Shown in pieces: positions 48,308 through 59,400 of a DNA stretch of 64,000 nt (position 1 is the first letter of the stretch; every line of letters begins with the position of its first letter). Made by a program: the position numbers and the translations under genes. The notes beneath the pieces were generated by a model that was not told the origin of the DNA, ran no database searches, and saw only the letters and a list, made by a program, of their open reading frames with translations. The stretch covers positions 4,650,001 through 4,714,000 of the forward strand of contig OZ210885.1 of NCBI GenBank assembly GCA_964658305.1. Direction: 5' to 3'. This DNA is from Leptogorgia sarmentosa (lineage: Eukaryota).

Positions 48308-51300
48308 TCACGAACTAAGTTGTCTTCTTGCAATTTCGCCAACTACCGCTGCCTTACGTCTCGGTGTCCGTCTTTGTAGTTGGTTGTTATCTTTTATTTC
48401 TGTGTTCTGCTGGTCCGCACGGCTCTGGACACAGCTGTCATCCGTCGCACTTGCCTTTACTTCGAGGGGTATCAAATGCTGTATTGGTCGCCGTAATGTG
48501 ATCCGTTTACCGCCTTCACCGCTAACCATAACTTTAGCTGACCGCACTGTACCATCGCTACTGGGAAGCAACATTTCCACTTTAGCCAATTTCCAAAACG
48601 TGCGTCGTGTATTGTCATTCCGTAAAATTACCATATCTCCAACTGCTATTTGCACATTGCTGTTTGGTCGAATCGATTTGAACGATTCTCTTAAACTCAA
48701 CAAGTATTCTGTTCTCCATTGTTTGATAAACTGGTTTAAAACGCGTTGATGGTACTTTGCTCGCTTGGTGAGAGACTGATTTGTGCTAATAATCTCGTAA
48801 TGCTTGTCATTTGGAGCGCTTGAAATTTGTCGTCCGTAGATCAAATGCGATGGCGTGAGTGCGTACGATATTCCCTGTTCGTCATCATACATAAACGTCA
48901 ACGGTCTATTATTAAGGGTGCTTTCAATCTCGACTAGTAGGGTGCGTAATTCTCCAAAAGATAACGAAGCGCGTCCGATAGCTTTCTTTAGACAACGTTT
49001 AACACTTCGCACCATCCTCTCCCAGAATCCACCGTGCCATGGAGCTTTCTCAGTAATAAACTCCCATGTTATTCTTCTATTGACAAAATAACGATTTACT
49101 TCTTTCGATTCTCCAATCATCCTCACTTCTTTTGATGCCGACTTAAATGTTTTTGCATTATCCGTCAAGACCTTCGTTGGTAGTCCTCTACGACTTGAAA
49201 AACGTCTAAACGCTTGAAGAAAGGTAGCTGCTGACATGTTTTCTACTAGTTCTAAATGCATAGCCCTCGTAGATGCACAGGTAAAGAGCGCTATGTATGC
49301 TTTGTCCTGGTCGTTGCTGTTAATTACTCCAGACGATTTTTTTACGTAAACTGGACCAGCGAAATCTATACCGGTATTAGAGAAGGGTGGTTCTTCGCTT
49401 ACTCGACACGCTGGGAGCTGCGGAGCTTTCGGTGTTGGGAAAGGTTTCGCTTCGATCTTTCTGCACACGACACATCTTCTTACTATTCGCTTCACTGCTT
49501 CTCTACCTCGTTGGATCCAATATTTCTGACGAATCGAGTTGAGAGTGTCTCGAATGCCATTGTGGTGTACAACTTCGTGCTGCTCTTTGATAAGTAGCTC
49601 TGTGAAGTAATGTGTTGCTGGAAGGAGCATCGGCTGTTTGGATTCCTTTTGTTGAGACGAATTTCCAATCCTTCCGTCACATCGTATTAACCCATCGTCG
49701 TCGCGGAACAAACCCAATTGAGAGACCACGGGTGTCGGAGTTTTTGACACTCCTTTAAGATAACTTAACTCGTGTTGAAATTCGTGTTCTTGAACGGTCT
49801 GGATCCATCGTATTTCGGCTTCCTGTAATTCTTGCGCCGTCAACTCAGCACTTTCGAATTTGTGTCGAGGGTTTCTCCATCTTTTCACATACCTTATTAC
49901 CGTTGCTGTTACTCGTAACAGTTTCAATTTAGTGCTATATCGATTGATGTCTATTATATCGCCGATATCAAAACTTTCATGATCGTTGTTGATTGATGGA
50001 TTCGCCATTGAGTACACGATGGTTGGTGAGGTCTTCTTGATTTCAGCTAATGCTTTCTCCTCGTTATCGATGTAGCTTTGTTGTGGCTCTTGAGGCCAGT
50101 ACTCGGGTGAATGATTCAAAAACTCGGGACCTTTCCACCAACTATGGTTTCTAACTAGTTCCTCTGCAGAACAACCTCTTGAGGGTAGATCGGCTATATT
50201 GATCTCTCCCGGACAAAATCTCCATTTCTCTCGGTCGAAAAGTTCCCTGATTTCCTTCACTCTGTTTTGAACATAAGGCTTCCATGTTTTGTCATTACGA
50301 ATCCAACACAAGACGGTGTAGGAATCGCTCCACAAGAACACTTCAGGAGGCGTTTTTAGAGAGCTCATCGCTTCTTTGACAGATTTGACAAGTCTAACTA
50401 AAATAGTCGCTCCAAGCAACTCTAAACGAGGTATAGACTGACGCTTTATTGGAGCTACTCGTGTCTTGGACGCCACTAGATTAATTTCAATATCGCCATT
50501 TGCGTGTTCTGTCCGTAGATAAACAACTGCTGCAAATGCTTTGTTGGATGCATCAGAGAATCCATGTAACTCGTGCTTCACAGGGGGCTCTTCCTTTCTT
50601 GTGAAATAACATCTCGGAACTTTGATGTCTTTCAAGCTGTTTAAGTTATGTACCAATCTTTTCCATTTTTCCAGTAGCTCTCCCTTTAACTCATCGTCCC
50701 AATCCACCTTTGCTAAGCATAACTCTTGAAAGAAGACTTTCATTTTAATTGTGAATGGGGTTAACAGTCCGATGGGGTCGAAAATTTTGGCAGAGAGCCG
50801 AAGGACTGATCGCTTTGTAGGAGGTAGGGTAGTGGCATCTTTCGACCATTTAACATAGTCATGGAAAAGTGTGTCCTCGTCAACATTCCAGGGTATTCCT
50901 AGTACCTTTACTGGGTCGTTTCTTGATTTGCATTCCTGATCACTCCCGGGGATATTATTTGCTTTATCGTTGCTTTCGTGCTGGTTTTCAGCTCTATCTG
51001 TTGCTATCTTTTCTTGCAAGTGTTTGGAATTCGTATGCCATTTTCGTAAGGTAAAACCCCCCGAACTCATCAACGTCTGGGATTTCTCGTAGACTTCACC
51101 TGCTTCATTATCGTCGAAAGCACCACCAGCGAAGTCATCTACATAAAACGATTTCCGCAGCAAGGACACCATTTTGGGTTCCTTTTCTTCATTCACAGTG
51201 AGATGATGCTGCAGTACGGATGTTAGAATGGCAGGACTTGAGACTAGGCCAAACACTAATCGACAGAATTGGTACCTTTGAATTTCGGGTCTTTCTTTGC

Positions 51301-53920
51301 TTGGATCATCAAACCATAGGAATCTAACCATTCGTCGATCTTCTGGTGCAATCTTTACTTGGTGAAATGCCTTTTCAATGTCTGCGACCATGCCGATTGG
51401 GTATCCTCTGAAATTGATTATCACATCGAACAGGTACGGAACCAGGTTGGGGCCTTTTTCTAGACAGTCGTTGATGGAAACACTGCTGTTATCGGGTTTT
51501 GCTGAACCATCAAATACCACACGCAACTTGGTAGTTTCTTTATCTTGCCGAACGACACCGTGATGTGGTAAATAGTAAGCTTCTTCGTCAGTATCATTCT
51601 CTTCAGGCACTGGTTCAATAATGCCAGAAGTTATTTGTTGTTGAATAATCTTATCATACTCTTGGAGCAGATCTTTATCTTTCTTAAGACGCTTGTGGAG
51701 TTGTCTCAGGCGATTCGCACACGACATATATCCATTTGATGCAGGATGAGATTCGGATTTCCATGGCAGGTTTACTTCGTAGCGTTTCTCATCGATGTGG
51801 TATATTAACTCGTTGAGGAAATTATCATTCCCCGTCTTCTCGTCCTGGATCCCAAGAGATTCAGTGTCCCAAAATCTACGCAGTTCGTTTGTTAAGTCTT
51901 GATTCTTGTCTCCAAAAGCAAAACTATTCTTCATTGGATCCGAATTTTCTCGCAGAATGATGAGATTGGTAGATGATGAATTATCTTTGTCTGCATTCTG
52001 TGTTGGACCAGAGATTACCCAACCAAAGATAGTGTTGATAGCTACTGGACCTCTTTGGCCTCGACGAATTTCATCCGTGACAACATCGAAATAGTGATCA
52101 GACCCAATCAAAATGTCAATATTTGTTGGAACATCCTTAGTAAGACTGGAATCTGCAAGCTGTAAGCCATGTAAATGTGGATGGGCTTCCACATCTAACT
52201 TCATCGAGAGGGGCGAGCATATCTTTGAAAAGGTAAGAGCAGAGATTTCAACGTTTTCGGGTCGTGCTTCAAGCTTTATCTTTACTTCATGGCAGCGTTG
52301 CTTGGTTACTCGATCGTCTCCAAATGTATTAAGGTTTAGGGTCTCTGTTCGCAAACTGTCCAAGCCAAGTTTCTCCTTCAATTGTTCGGTAACATACGAG
52401 CGCTGGCTACCGCTATCGAGTAATATTCTAACAGGAACAAGTTCGCTTTCGTCATGATTAAAGGCAAACGTCGTTGCAGTCTGTAGGAGTACCTTCTTCC
52501 CATGAGTTGTTGAATGCTGGTTTACTGTTGATGTCGCCACTGTTGGTCCGACTGGGTCTGCTTTGACAGGGCTCTTGGGACTCTCTTGTTTCTTCGAAAG
52601 TTCCTTTGGATGATCTTGACCTTTGCATATTGATTGATGGTGAAGCCCTTGACACTTTCTACATCTTTTGTCACATTGTTTCATTATGTGTCCCTTACGC
52701 AAGCAGACAAAACAGCGACCATCTCGTTTAAGAATTTCTTTTCTTTTGTTGACATCACAAACATCTTCACACGAAGCTGAGTAATGAGGTTTTTGGCAAA
52801 ATGCACATCGAATGGAAAATTGATTTGTCACACCAGATCCCGAGGCAAGTAGAGCTGAAGCCGATCCCAGACCTCGAGGGGCTGGGGCATTAGGTTTTTT
52901 GTTCTGATTGTCAGAGTGGGTTTTGATATTCTCACACACTTCTCGTGCTTCCACTTCCTTCTGAATGACATCTAGGAGCTCTCGAATATCCCACACATCT
53001 TTCGTAGTATTTCGGGCGATTTGGATTCTAACATCAGATGGCAACTTTGACATTATTACCGGGATAAGCAAACTTCCATACTGTTCTGCCTTGACTCCAA
53101 TAGCTTCTAGCCCCCTAACATTTACACTGACCTTATCGTAGATTAATCTCAGACTTGATGCTGTGCCTCCACTGCAAGAGGGCAATTTCAACAACTTGTC
53201 CATATGGGCTGCTATAACTTGTTGGGTTTTGCCAAATCGAGTTTGGAGTATTTCGACAGCTGATTTGTAGTTTTCTTCCGTGATGGTCAGTCCTTGTATT
53301 GCTTGCAAACCAGGACCTTCTAGCAGTGAATATAAATAATTGAATTTGTCAATAGGAGTCAGGTTTGGATTGTTATCAACAGCACTCTGAAAACTATCCC
53401 AGAAAGTGCGAAACTTAGTTATTTCACCATTGAATTTCAACAAGGATAATTTTGGCAATCGGGTTTTGGGTACAAATTGGGCCATAGATACTTGATATGA
53501 TTCTTGGTTTAAGTGTCCACTAACAGATTCGGTCGAAATTTCCGCCAACGACGGCTGACTGTTCAAAGGCTCACTAATCGTCGTGTTTTGATGTGCCACA
53601 GGTATAGATTGTACTTGGTGTTTTTTTGCACATAATTTCTCGATTTCATTCTTGATTTCGTAAACTCTCGACGTTATTTCCTCAGATTCTTCGATATCTC
53701 TTTCGATGTCTTTTATGTCGCATTCTGCTAGAATTTCGTCGTCAAGCTTTTTTACTAAAGCTAATTTTTCGTTGAGGAGCTTGTCCAGCGTTGTTAAACG
53801 ATCTAGTTTAGATTGATCTATGTCTCCCTTCATATGCTCTATCGATTCTTTCATATACCTCGTAAGGACACCTCGATTCGCAGAGCGAATTGCACGTTTT
53901 CGCTCAATGGTCTCGCTCAT
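48308..53920 (-). CDS. BEL/Pao gag-pol polyprotein, 1870 aa
   Basis: Gag LPKLSLLKFNG...FWDSF, three Cys/His knuckles (CAFC, CFVC, CRKC), protease LLDSGSQRSY, RT FYVDD, RNase H HGFSDAS, integrase HHCC plus GIDFAGP/TDNAKTF/FWERMV, in PR-RT-RH-IN order. Confidence 0.97.
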   Translation of the reverse strand: MSETIERKRAIRSANRGVLTRYMKESIEHMKGDIDQSKLDRLTTLDKLLNEKLALVKKLDDEILAECDIKDIERDIEESEEITSRVYEIKNEIEKLCAKKHQVQSIPVAHQNTTISEPLNSQPSLAEISTESVSGHLNQESYQVSMAQFVPKTRLPKLSLLKFNGEITKFRTFWDSFQSAVDNNPNLTPIDKFNYLYSLLEGPGLQAIQGLTITEENYKSAVEILQTRFGKTQQVIAAHMDKLLKLPSCSGGTASSLRLIYDKVSVNVRGLEAIGVKAEQYGSLLIPVIMSKLPSDVRIQIARNTTKDVWDIRELLDVIQKEVEAREVCENIKTHSDNQNKKPNAPAPRGLGSASALLASGSGVTNQFSIRCAFCQKPHYSASCEDVCDVNKRKEILKRDGRCFVCLRKGHIMKQCDKRCRKCQGLHHQSICKGQDHPKELSKKQESPKSPVKADPVGPTVATSTVNQHSTTHGKKVLLQTATTFAFNHDESELVPVRILLDSGSQRSYVTEQLKEKLGLDSLRTETLNLNTFGDDRVTKQRCHEVKIKLEARPENVEISALTFSKICSPLSMKLDVEAHPHLHGLQLADSSLTKDVPTNIDILIGSDHYFDVVTDEIRRGQRGPVAINTIFGWVISGPTQNADKDNSSSTNLIILRENSDPMKNSFAFGDKNQDLTNELRRFWDTESLGIQDEKTGNDNFLNELIYHIDEKRYEVNLPWKSESHPASNGYMSCANRLRQLHKRLKKDKDLLQEYDKIIQQQITSGIIEPVPEENDTDEEAYYLPHHGVVRQDKETTKLRVVFDGSAKPDNSSVSINDCLEKGPNLVPYLFDVIINFRGYPIGMVADIEKAFHQVKIAPEDRRMVRFLWFDDPSKERPEIQRYQFCRLVFGLVSSPAILTSVLQHHLTVNEEKEPKMVSLLRKSFYVDDFAGGAFDDNEAGEVYEKSQTLMSSGGFTLRKWHTNSKHLQEKIATDRAENQHESNDKANNIPGSDQECKSRNDPVKVLGIPWNVDEDTLFHDYVKWSKDATTLPPTKRSVLRLSAKIFDPIGLLTPFTIKMKVFFQELCLAKVDWDDELKGELLEKWKRLVHNLNSLKDIKVPRCYFTRKEEPPVKHELHGFSDASNKAFAAVVYLRTEHANGDIEINLVASKTRVAPIKRQSIPRLELLGATILVRLVKSVKEAMSSLKTPPEVFLWSDSYTVLCWIRNDKTWKPYVQNRVKEIRELFDREKWRFCPGEINIADLPSRGCSAEELVRNHSWWKGPEFLNHSPEYWPQEPQQSYIDNEEKALAEIKKTSPTIVYSMANPSINNDHESFDIGDIIDINRYSTKLKLLRVTATVIRYVKRWRNPRHKFESAELTAQELQEAEIRWIQTVQEHEFQHELSYLKGVSKTPTPVVSQLGLFRDDDGLIRCDGRIGNSSQQKESKQPMLLPATHYFTELLIKEQHEVVHHNGIRDTLNSIRQKYWIQRGREAVKRIVRRCVVCRKIEAKPFPTPKAPQLPACRVSEEPPFSNTGIDFAGPVYVKKSSGVINSNDQDKAYIALFTCASTRAMHLELVENMSAATFLQAFRRFSSRRGLPTKVLTDNAKTFKSASKEVRMIGESKEVNRYFVNRRITWEFITEKAPWHGGFWERMVRSVKRCLKKAIGRASLSFGELRTLLVEIESTLNNRPLTFMYDDEQGISYALTPSHLIYGRQISSAPNDKHYEIISTNQSLTKRAKYHQRVLNQFIKQWRTEYLLSLRESFKSIRPNSNVQIAVGDMVILRNDNTRRTFWKLAKVEMLLPSSDGTVRSAKVMVSGEGGKRITLRRPIQHLIPLEVKASATDDSCVQSRADQQNTEIKDNNQLQRRTPRRKAAVVGEIARRQLSS

Positions 53921-53966
53921 ATTTCGTCGTAAATTATAAATTAAACGTTGTTTCTTCGGTTAAAAT

Positions 53967-53984
53967 GCTCCACGTTGGGCGCCA
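53967..53984 (-). other. Primer-binding site, tRNA-Lys(CUU)
   Basis: TGGCGCCCAACGTGGAGC abuts the 5' LTR and is 17/18 complementary to the 3' end (+CCA) of the tRNA at 47018-47090. Confidence 0.92.
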
Positions 53985-54159
53985 TGTACTGCACGTCGCA
54001 GTTAAATGTAAATTAAACTTTATTTTTAAACTATAAACTACAAAATATAAATTGAAAGTCGTTATACGTGTTTTCCGATTCGATTCATGAAACAACAAAA
54101 AAACGTCTCGTTTGCGCATGTCTGACATAATAGCGGCGACAAATTAACCGTTCACAACA
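53985..54159 (-). repeat. 5' LTR
   Basis: Same 175-bp sequence as 48051-48225. Confidence 0.95.
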
Positions 54160-54774
54160 TAGCTTTTTCAACATTTTTACAACGGTTGAAAAATCACTAT
54201 CCAGTGGATAAAGTTATCCAACTTTCAAACAACCGGCCCCTGCTTGTTATTATGCAACCTCGTTCCCAGGGTCTTGATCCTCTCTCCCCGCAGAGGAAAG
54301 ATATCCTAAGAAATTTGTCATCTCAGCACACATGTTTGCATTTTCAAACTTAAATTTCGTGTAATATGGGGGGAACTGCAGGAGAAACCGTACTATTACT
54401 TGCTAATAGTTTGCATAAAAGTATTGGAGACAATTGTAGTGTTAACCTCCGTCTCAAAGCGAAATTTCACCGGCAGAGTTTTCTTGCTTAGTTTATTTCA
54501 CATTTTACAGCGACAACGGTTTCAAAAATTCGCCCAAGCACGTAACTTTTGTTTGTCTTGTTTGAGATAAAGTTTTTTCCGTCATAAGAAAAAAATAAAA
54601 GCTATATTTCAAGAAGACAATTTTTACTTACTTTAGGGCGGCCGCCATGTTTGTTTTGTTTTGAAGCAATCTGTCACTTGAGCTCTAATTTGATTGGTTC
54701 AAAGAAAATGGCACTGTGATTTGGGATTAACTGCACCAATCAAAATCGAGTAATACTTTTATGTATATTATTAT

Positions 54775-55001
54775 TCTAAATATGAATATTAATGCCCAGC
54801 AAGCGATTTTTAATGCATACATATTACAACCATTCAGTTTTATATAAAATTTATTGCTAACGTTTCGTCATACAAAACGAAAAACAACAAAAACGAAAAC
54901 AAAACAGCAACGAAACGTTAGCAATAAATTTTATAAAGCTGAATGGTTTTAATATGTATGCATTAAAAATCCCTTGCTGGGCACTAATATTCATATTTAG
55001 A
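54775..55001. repeat. Long imperfect palindrome (MITE-like, ~95-bp arms)
   Basis: tctaaatatgaatattaatgcccagcaag... / ...cttgctgggcactaatattcatatttaga. Confidence 0.8.
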
Positions 55002-55639
55002 TTAAGATTCCCGCCTGGTGTTTCAACTGCCACAATTCAGAAACGACGTTATATTCCAGGAGATCTCAAAACACGGAAAAGGACTGGAACTAGCTGTCAG
55101 ATAGAAACCCATTTTTCGATTGAAACAACTGAATATCTCCCATAATATACGTTATTTCGTTTGTCAGAGCCATAGTTCTCATAACTAAACATAATTACAA
55201 AATTTCAACCAGTTTCATACAGAATAACGAAAGATATAATCGAGTGAATATAGCAAAATGGATTTCTATTTGGACAACCCTTTCCGAGCGCTGATTGGCT
55301 AAAACACGAACACAAGATCACCTGGTTATTATTCTTCATATCGTGCTCAACCTCATTATTTGGCTCGCTCACTATAACCACAGAGGAATTACATGAAGGG
55401 GTCTAACTGTGCGCATGCTCGGCAAGTTATTTGATGCGCGCATCTGATTGGATAACGACCAAATTTGAACTTCCCGAGCATGCCGCATTAAAAAAGTGGG
55501 TGCATGAAAATGCCACTTTTTAATATTTAGTTAGACCTCTGTCTGATATATACTCTGTGCTATAACTTGTTGTCCCCCTAATCATCAACTAGACCCAGTC
55601 CTTTGCTCGAGTGGGAAATAGCTAATTTTATGAGCCACC

Positions 55640-55760
55640 CAGTGAACTCTAATAGATCTGGAACGCTAACTCCTATACAACTCCTATACTTTTGCCTTAC
55701 GAATTACGATTGGTTGAAGCTAAAAAAGAGTTAGCGTTCCAGATCAATTAGAATTCACTG
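55640..55760. mobile_element. Small palindromic MITE upstream of lin-7
   Basis: cagtgaactctaatagatctggaacgctaactc / gagttagcgttccagatcaattagaattcactg. A related end occurs at about 61767. Confidence 0.65.
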
Positions 55761-55766
55761 CCCCTG

Positions 55767-56420
55767 TGTTAGCGTTCCAGATCTTTTACAGTTCACTCAT
55801 GAACTCCATATCCAGTTCACTCTGGAGCCACCTTAAAAACGCGCTCGCGTGGGGCTCACGCGGGACAGGTGAAATGGAATTTGGTCACGTGAACGATAAT
55901 GAATATTTTCCCAGTTAATGAATATTCGTCTCAAAACATAGATTGAGGCTTGGAATTTTAGGCGTTTAAAATCTTTTTTCTATACATATTTCAAGTTTAG
56001 TTAGAAGATATGGCTTCGCAGGCAGAAGCACCACCAGTAACATTGGCTAGAGGTTCGTATATACCGAATATAACGTAAATTTTAGCTCTGTTAGGAATCC
56101 AGATCTTTTACAGTTCACTGATGAACTCCGTATCCAGTTCACTCTGGAGCCACCTTAAAAACGCGCTCGCGTGGGGCTCACGCGGGACAGGTGAAATGGA
56201 ATTTGGTCACGTGAACGATAATGAATATTTTCCCAGTTAATGAATATTCGTCTCAAAACATAGATTGAGGCTTGGAATTTTAGGCGTTTAAAATCTTTTT
56301 TCTATACATATTTCAAGTTTAGTTAGAAGATATGGCTTTGCAGGCAGAAGCACCACCACTAACATTGGCTAGAGGTTTGTATATACCGAATATAACGTAA
56401 ATTTTAGCTCTGTTAGGATT
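55767..56420 (+). repeat. 322-bp tandem duplication containing the lin-7 upstream region and exon 1
   Basis: Two near-identical copies, with ATGs at 56010 and 56332. Confidence 0.92.
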
Positions 56421-59400
56421 CTAAAGACGTCACTTCACTTGTCCATTAAAATTATCAGACTAGAAGTATACAATATGGCCCTTGGTTCTCAACCGATTTC
56501 TATTTAATATACGTAATATCGTGTAAATCTAGTCTTTTTGTTTGACAATCTTTCAAACAGATCTACATTTTCCTATGTTATTGAACACAACATCAACATT
56601 TTTCCCCCTCTATGTATGTGTGTATACACATTGTATTAAATACACATTTGTGTTTATATTAAAAATCAAAATCGATCAAAGATTGCACTAAAGAGAAGCA
56701 AACTTCTACTCACTATCTAAACAATACAATAGGATTCAACATTTCAAGGAGCCTTGGGTCCCACAAATGACTGACAAAGGGCCTTTGCTTGAAATGTCGA
56801 ATCTTATTGTACCGTCTAGGTAGTGAGCAGAACTTTTGCTGCTTGTGGATGTTATTACCTGCAACCTACACTTGCCACATGATGAAGTTTGTTATTAAAG
56901 AACACACATTTTGGGCAAAGACCTTTTGTCAAAAATTACATAAGTTGTAAAGGGCCTTTAAAAAGTCAAGTTGGCAAACCTCTGGCTACTGAGTGAATCT
57001 TCAGTGACTGGAAGGGCGCAGAATAAGAAAAACAGTCCCAAAATAAATCTATATTTTGTACATATTCTTCCACAATGTAAGAACTTTGGAATTTGGATTG
57101 AAATTCAAATTTTATAGTACCTATTCTGTTAAAATACTAGCAGCAAAATGCAATTTGATGTTTGAAACAAAGTACACTACCTTTGTTGGGAATTTGTAGA
57201 GAAGACATTTACATGAAATGCTGAATATCTTACTATATTTTAGACAAAAAGTCTTACTACACTCTTATGTTGTTATTTGCTACCTATACTGGCTATATAT
57301 AGAAGTTTATTAGTGAGATACTAAGCCTACAATATCCAATATCTAAAATTGATATATGACAGGATTGTATGACAGGATTGTATGTAATACTACAAACCTT
57401 TAGGTCTGTCATTTAGGTAGTGAATGTAATCTTCATTCTACTTTGAATCACTATTATCTGCTATCTACACTGGCTACACATCAAAGTATGCTTTTTAGGA
57501 AATATTTGCCTGATCATATTGTGTACGAATAAAATTGTAAAAATGAGCCCCCACCTTGTATATTGTTCACACACAGTGGCACACACATCCAAAATTTTGT
57601 CGATTTGGCTTTACACAAGGCCAGGCTCCTACTCTACTGAGGCTTGATCTTGCCTTCTGTACATCACATGAATGGTCATAGCTAGGGTATGCTTTGTGTT
57701 ACTGTATCTAAAAAGCACAGAAAAGTGAAATGGATATAGTATACAAATAATGAATGTTCATCAGGTGCAATGGTAAGAATATTTTCATGAGGTGAAAGAT
57801 ATGGCATGTTCCATTCAACAAGGCGAAGCCGAGTTCAATGGAACATTCCATCTTTCACCGAATGAAAATATTCTTACCATTGCACAAATAAAAACCTTCC
57901 TTCATTTTTCTGAGGGGTGCTTGTGTCAGCACTTGTATCTTTCTTGAGGTTAAAAATTGTCAGAGCTCATCCATTAGGAGGGGATTGATTGGAATGGCCC
58001 CATGACGGTCACCAAAGTTATATTAATGAAAGCACTGGGATTGGGATTTATCAGCAATAACACTGAGAATGGGATTAAGATTTGAGCAGTACAGCCGCTG
58101 AGACAATAATTGGCATCTGTGCTCTTGGACACTGAGATTTGGACCCATTTGGTAAACATTTAGGCTGGGAAATTGGGAAAAGAGCCCCCCTTTCAGGACC
58201 CTCTTGAAAAGGTTTCTTGATATTGATATTCTAAATTCTTTCAATATCTCAGTTCAATATCTCAGTAGCAACAGGCTACTTGCTCTTTGGTATAAACGTG
58301 TGTAATTTTTATCATGCTTTAAAAACTCACCTGTAGATCTTTCAGTTTTCCATGGTGGTTTCCTCAGTTTTCCATCAGTTTTCCATACTAATAGGTACAT
58401 TTTCTTGTCTTACAGATGTGAATCGTGCCATTGAACTTCTGGAAAAACTACAGAAAAGTAAGCCAATTTGTTATTTTCATTAGTAAACAGCGATTGATAT
58501 TATTAAACTCCCCGTATTAGCAACTCGTGACACGTTATATTGTGGTTTTAGTTATTACTTATATTAAAGATGGCGAGCTTGAACGAAAAGAATGAATAAT
58601 TTGTTCAGAGTCATCGCCTTCCCCTTAAAAAACTGCCACTGTTGGCAATTGAACCATTTGTCAGGAATACTGTTTTCCTGTTTTTGCTTTTGGCAAGATT
58701 TCTCATCTATAATAAGCAAATCACTGGTTTCAACGCATTAGTCAATGAAATATACATATCACGATAGTTAACACGTTACATACTCAGCAAAGAGCACACA
58801 ATATTATCACGAAGCTCGGGAATTCACTATAATATATTGTTTGTATAATTCTATACTTACATATGCAGTATATACTAGTTAACTTGTATTATTGCTGCTA
58901 GTGACAGCCAAGATAAATCATCAACTCCCTAACACTTTTAAATGCATCGTTTTAAGTTTAAATACAAGTAAACACTGCGAGGTTTTTGTTTCGCAAAATC
59001 GCAACGCCCAATGTGTGCGTACATTTATCGGCAAAATCTGGCAAAATAGACGCTCACTCCCCCCGCGGTTCAATTAACTGTACAATCGTGACGGCCCCGG
59101 ATTTTTCGAATCGCACATCTGACAATACCGTCCTAGCTTTCCTAAGATTCTAAGACATAAATGAGACATTTTGTAATATCAGTGATACCATAAAATCGAA
59201 AACAACAACGCAACGCACTTCGAATTGCTAATAAAAATTTCTCACGTGCTGTAGGTTAACCACTCGCTACCCAAACAATAAAACAGAATTGAACGTTTCG
59301 AAGTCTGTTTTATCACTTTTATGGTTTGGGTAGATGCCGACATAGTTTGGTGATTTTATCAGCTACGTACGTACCTACACTGGCTGCATATTGAAGTTTT

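Larger units (their letters stand above)
48051..54159 (-). mobile_element. Full-length BEL/Pao LTR retrotransposon (6109 bp)
   Basis: Two 175-bp TG...CA LTRs that are identical by eye, 5-bp TSD TAGCT (48046-48050, 54160-54164), a PBS, and a single intact gag-pol ORF. Confidence 0.97.
47920..54242. mobile_element. Harbinger-like MITE split in two (47920-48050 and 54160-54242) by the BEL insertion
   Basis: The left arm ggagccggttgctcgaaagttggatag..ctatccatcggatagtgattt pairs with the right arm aaatcactatccagtggataaagttatccaactttcaaacaaccggcccctg. Confidence 0.7.

Noticed and set aside
48291..52655. Short ORFs overlapping the BEL polyprotein
   Set aside because: They are antisense or alternate-frame shadows with no recognisable motifs.
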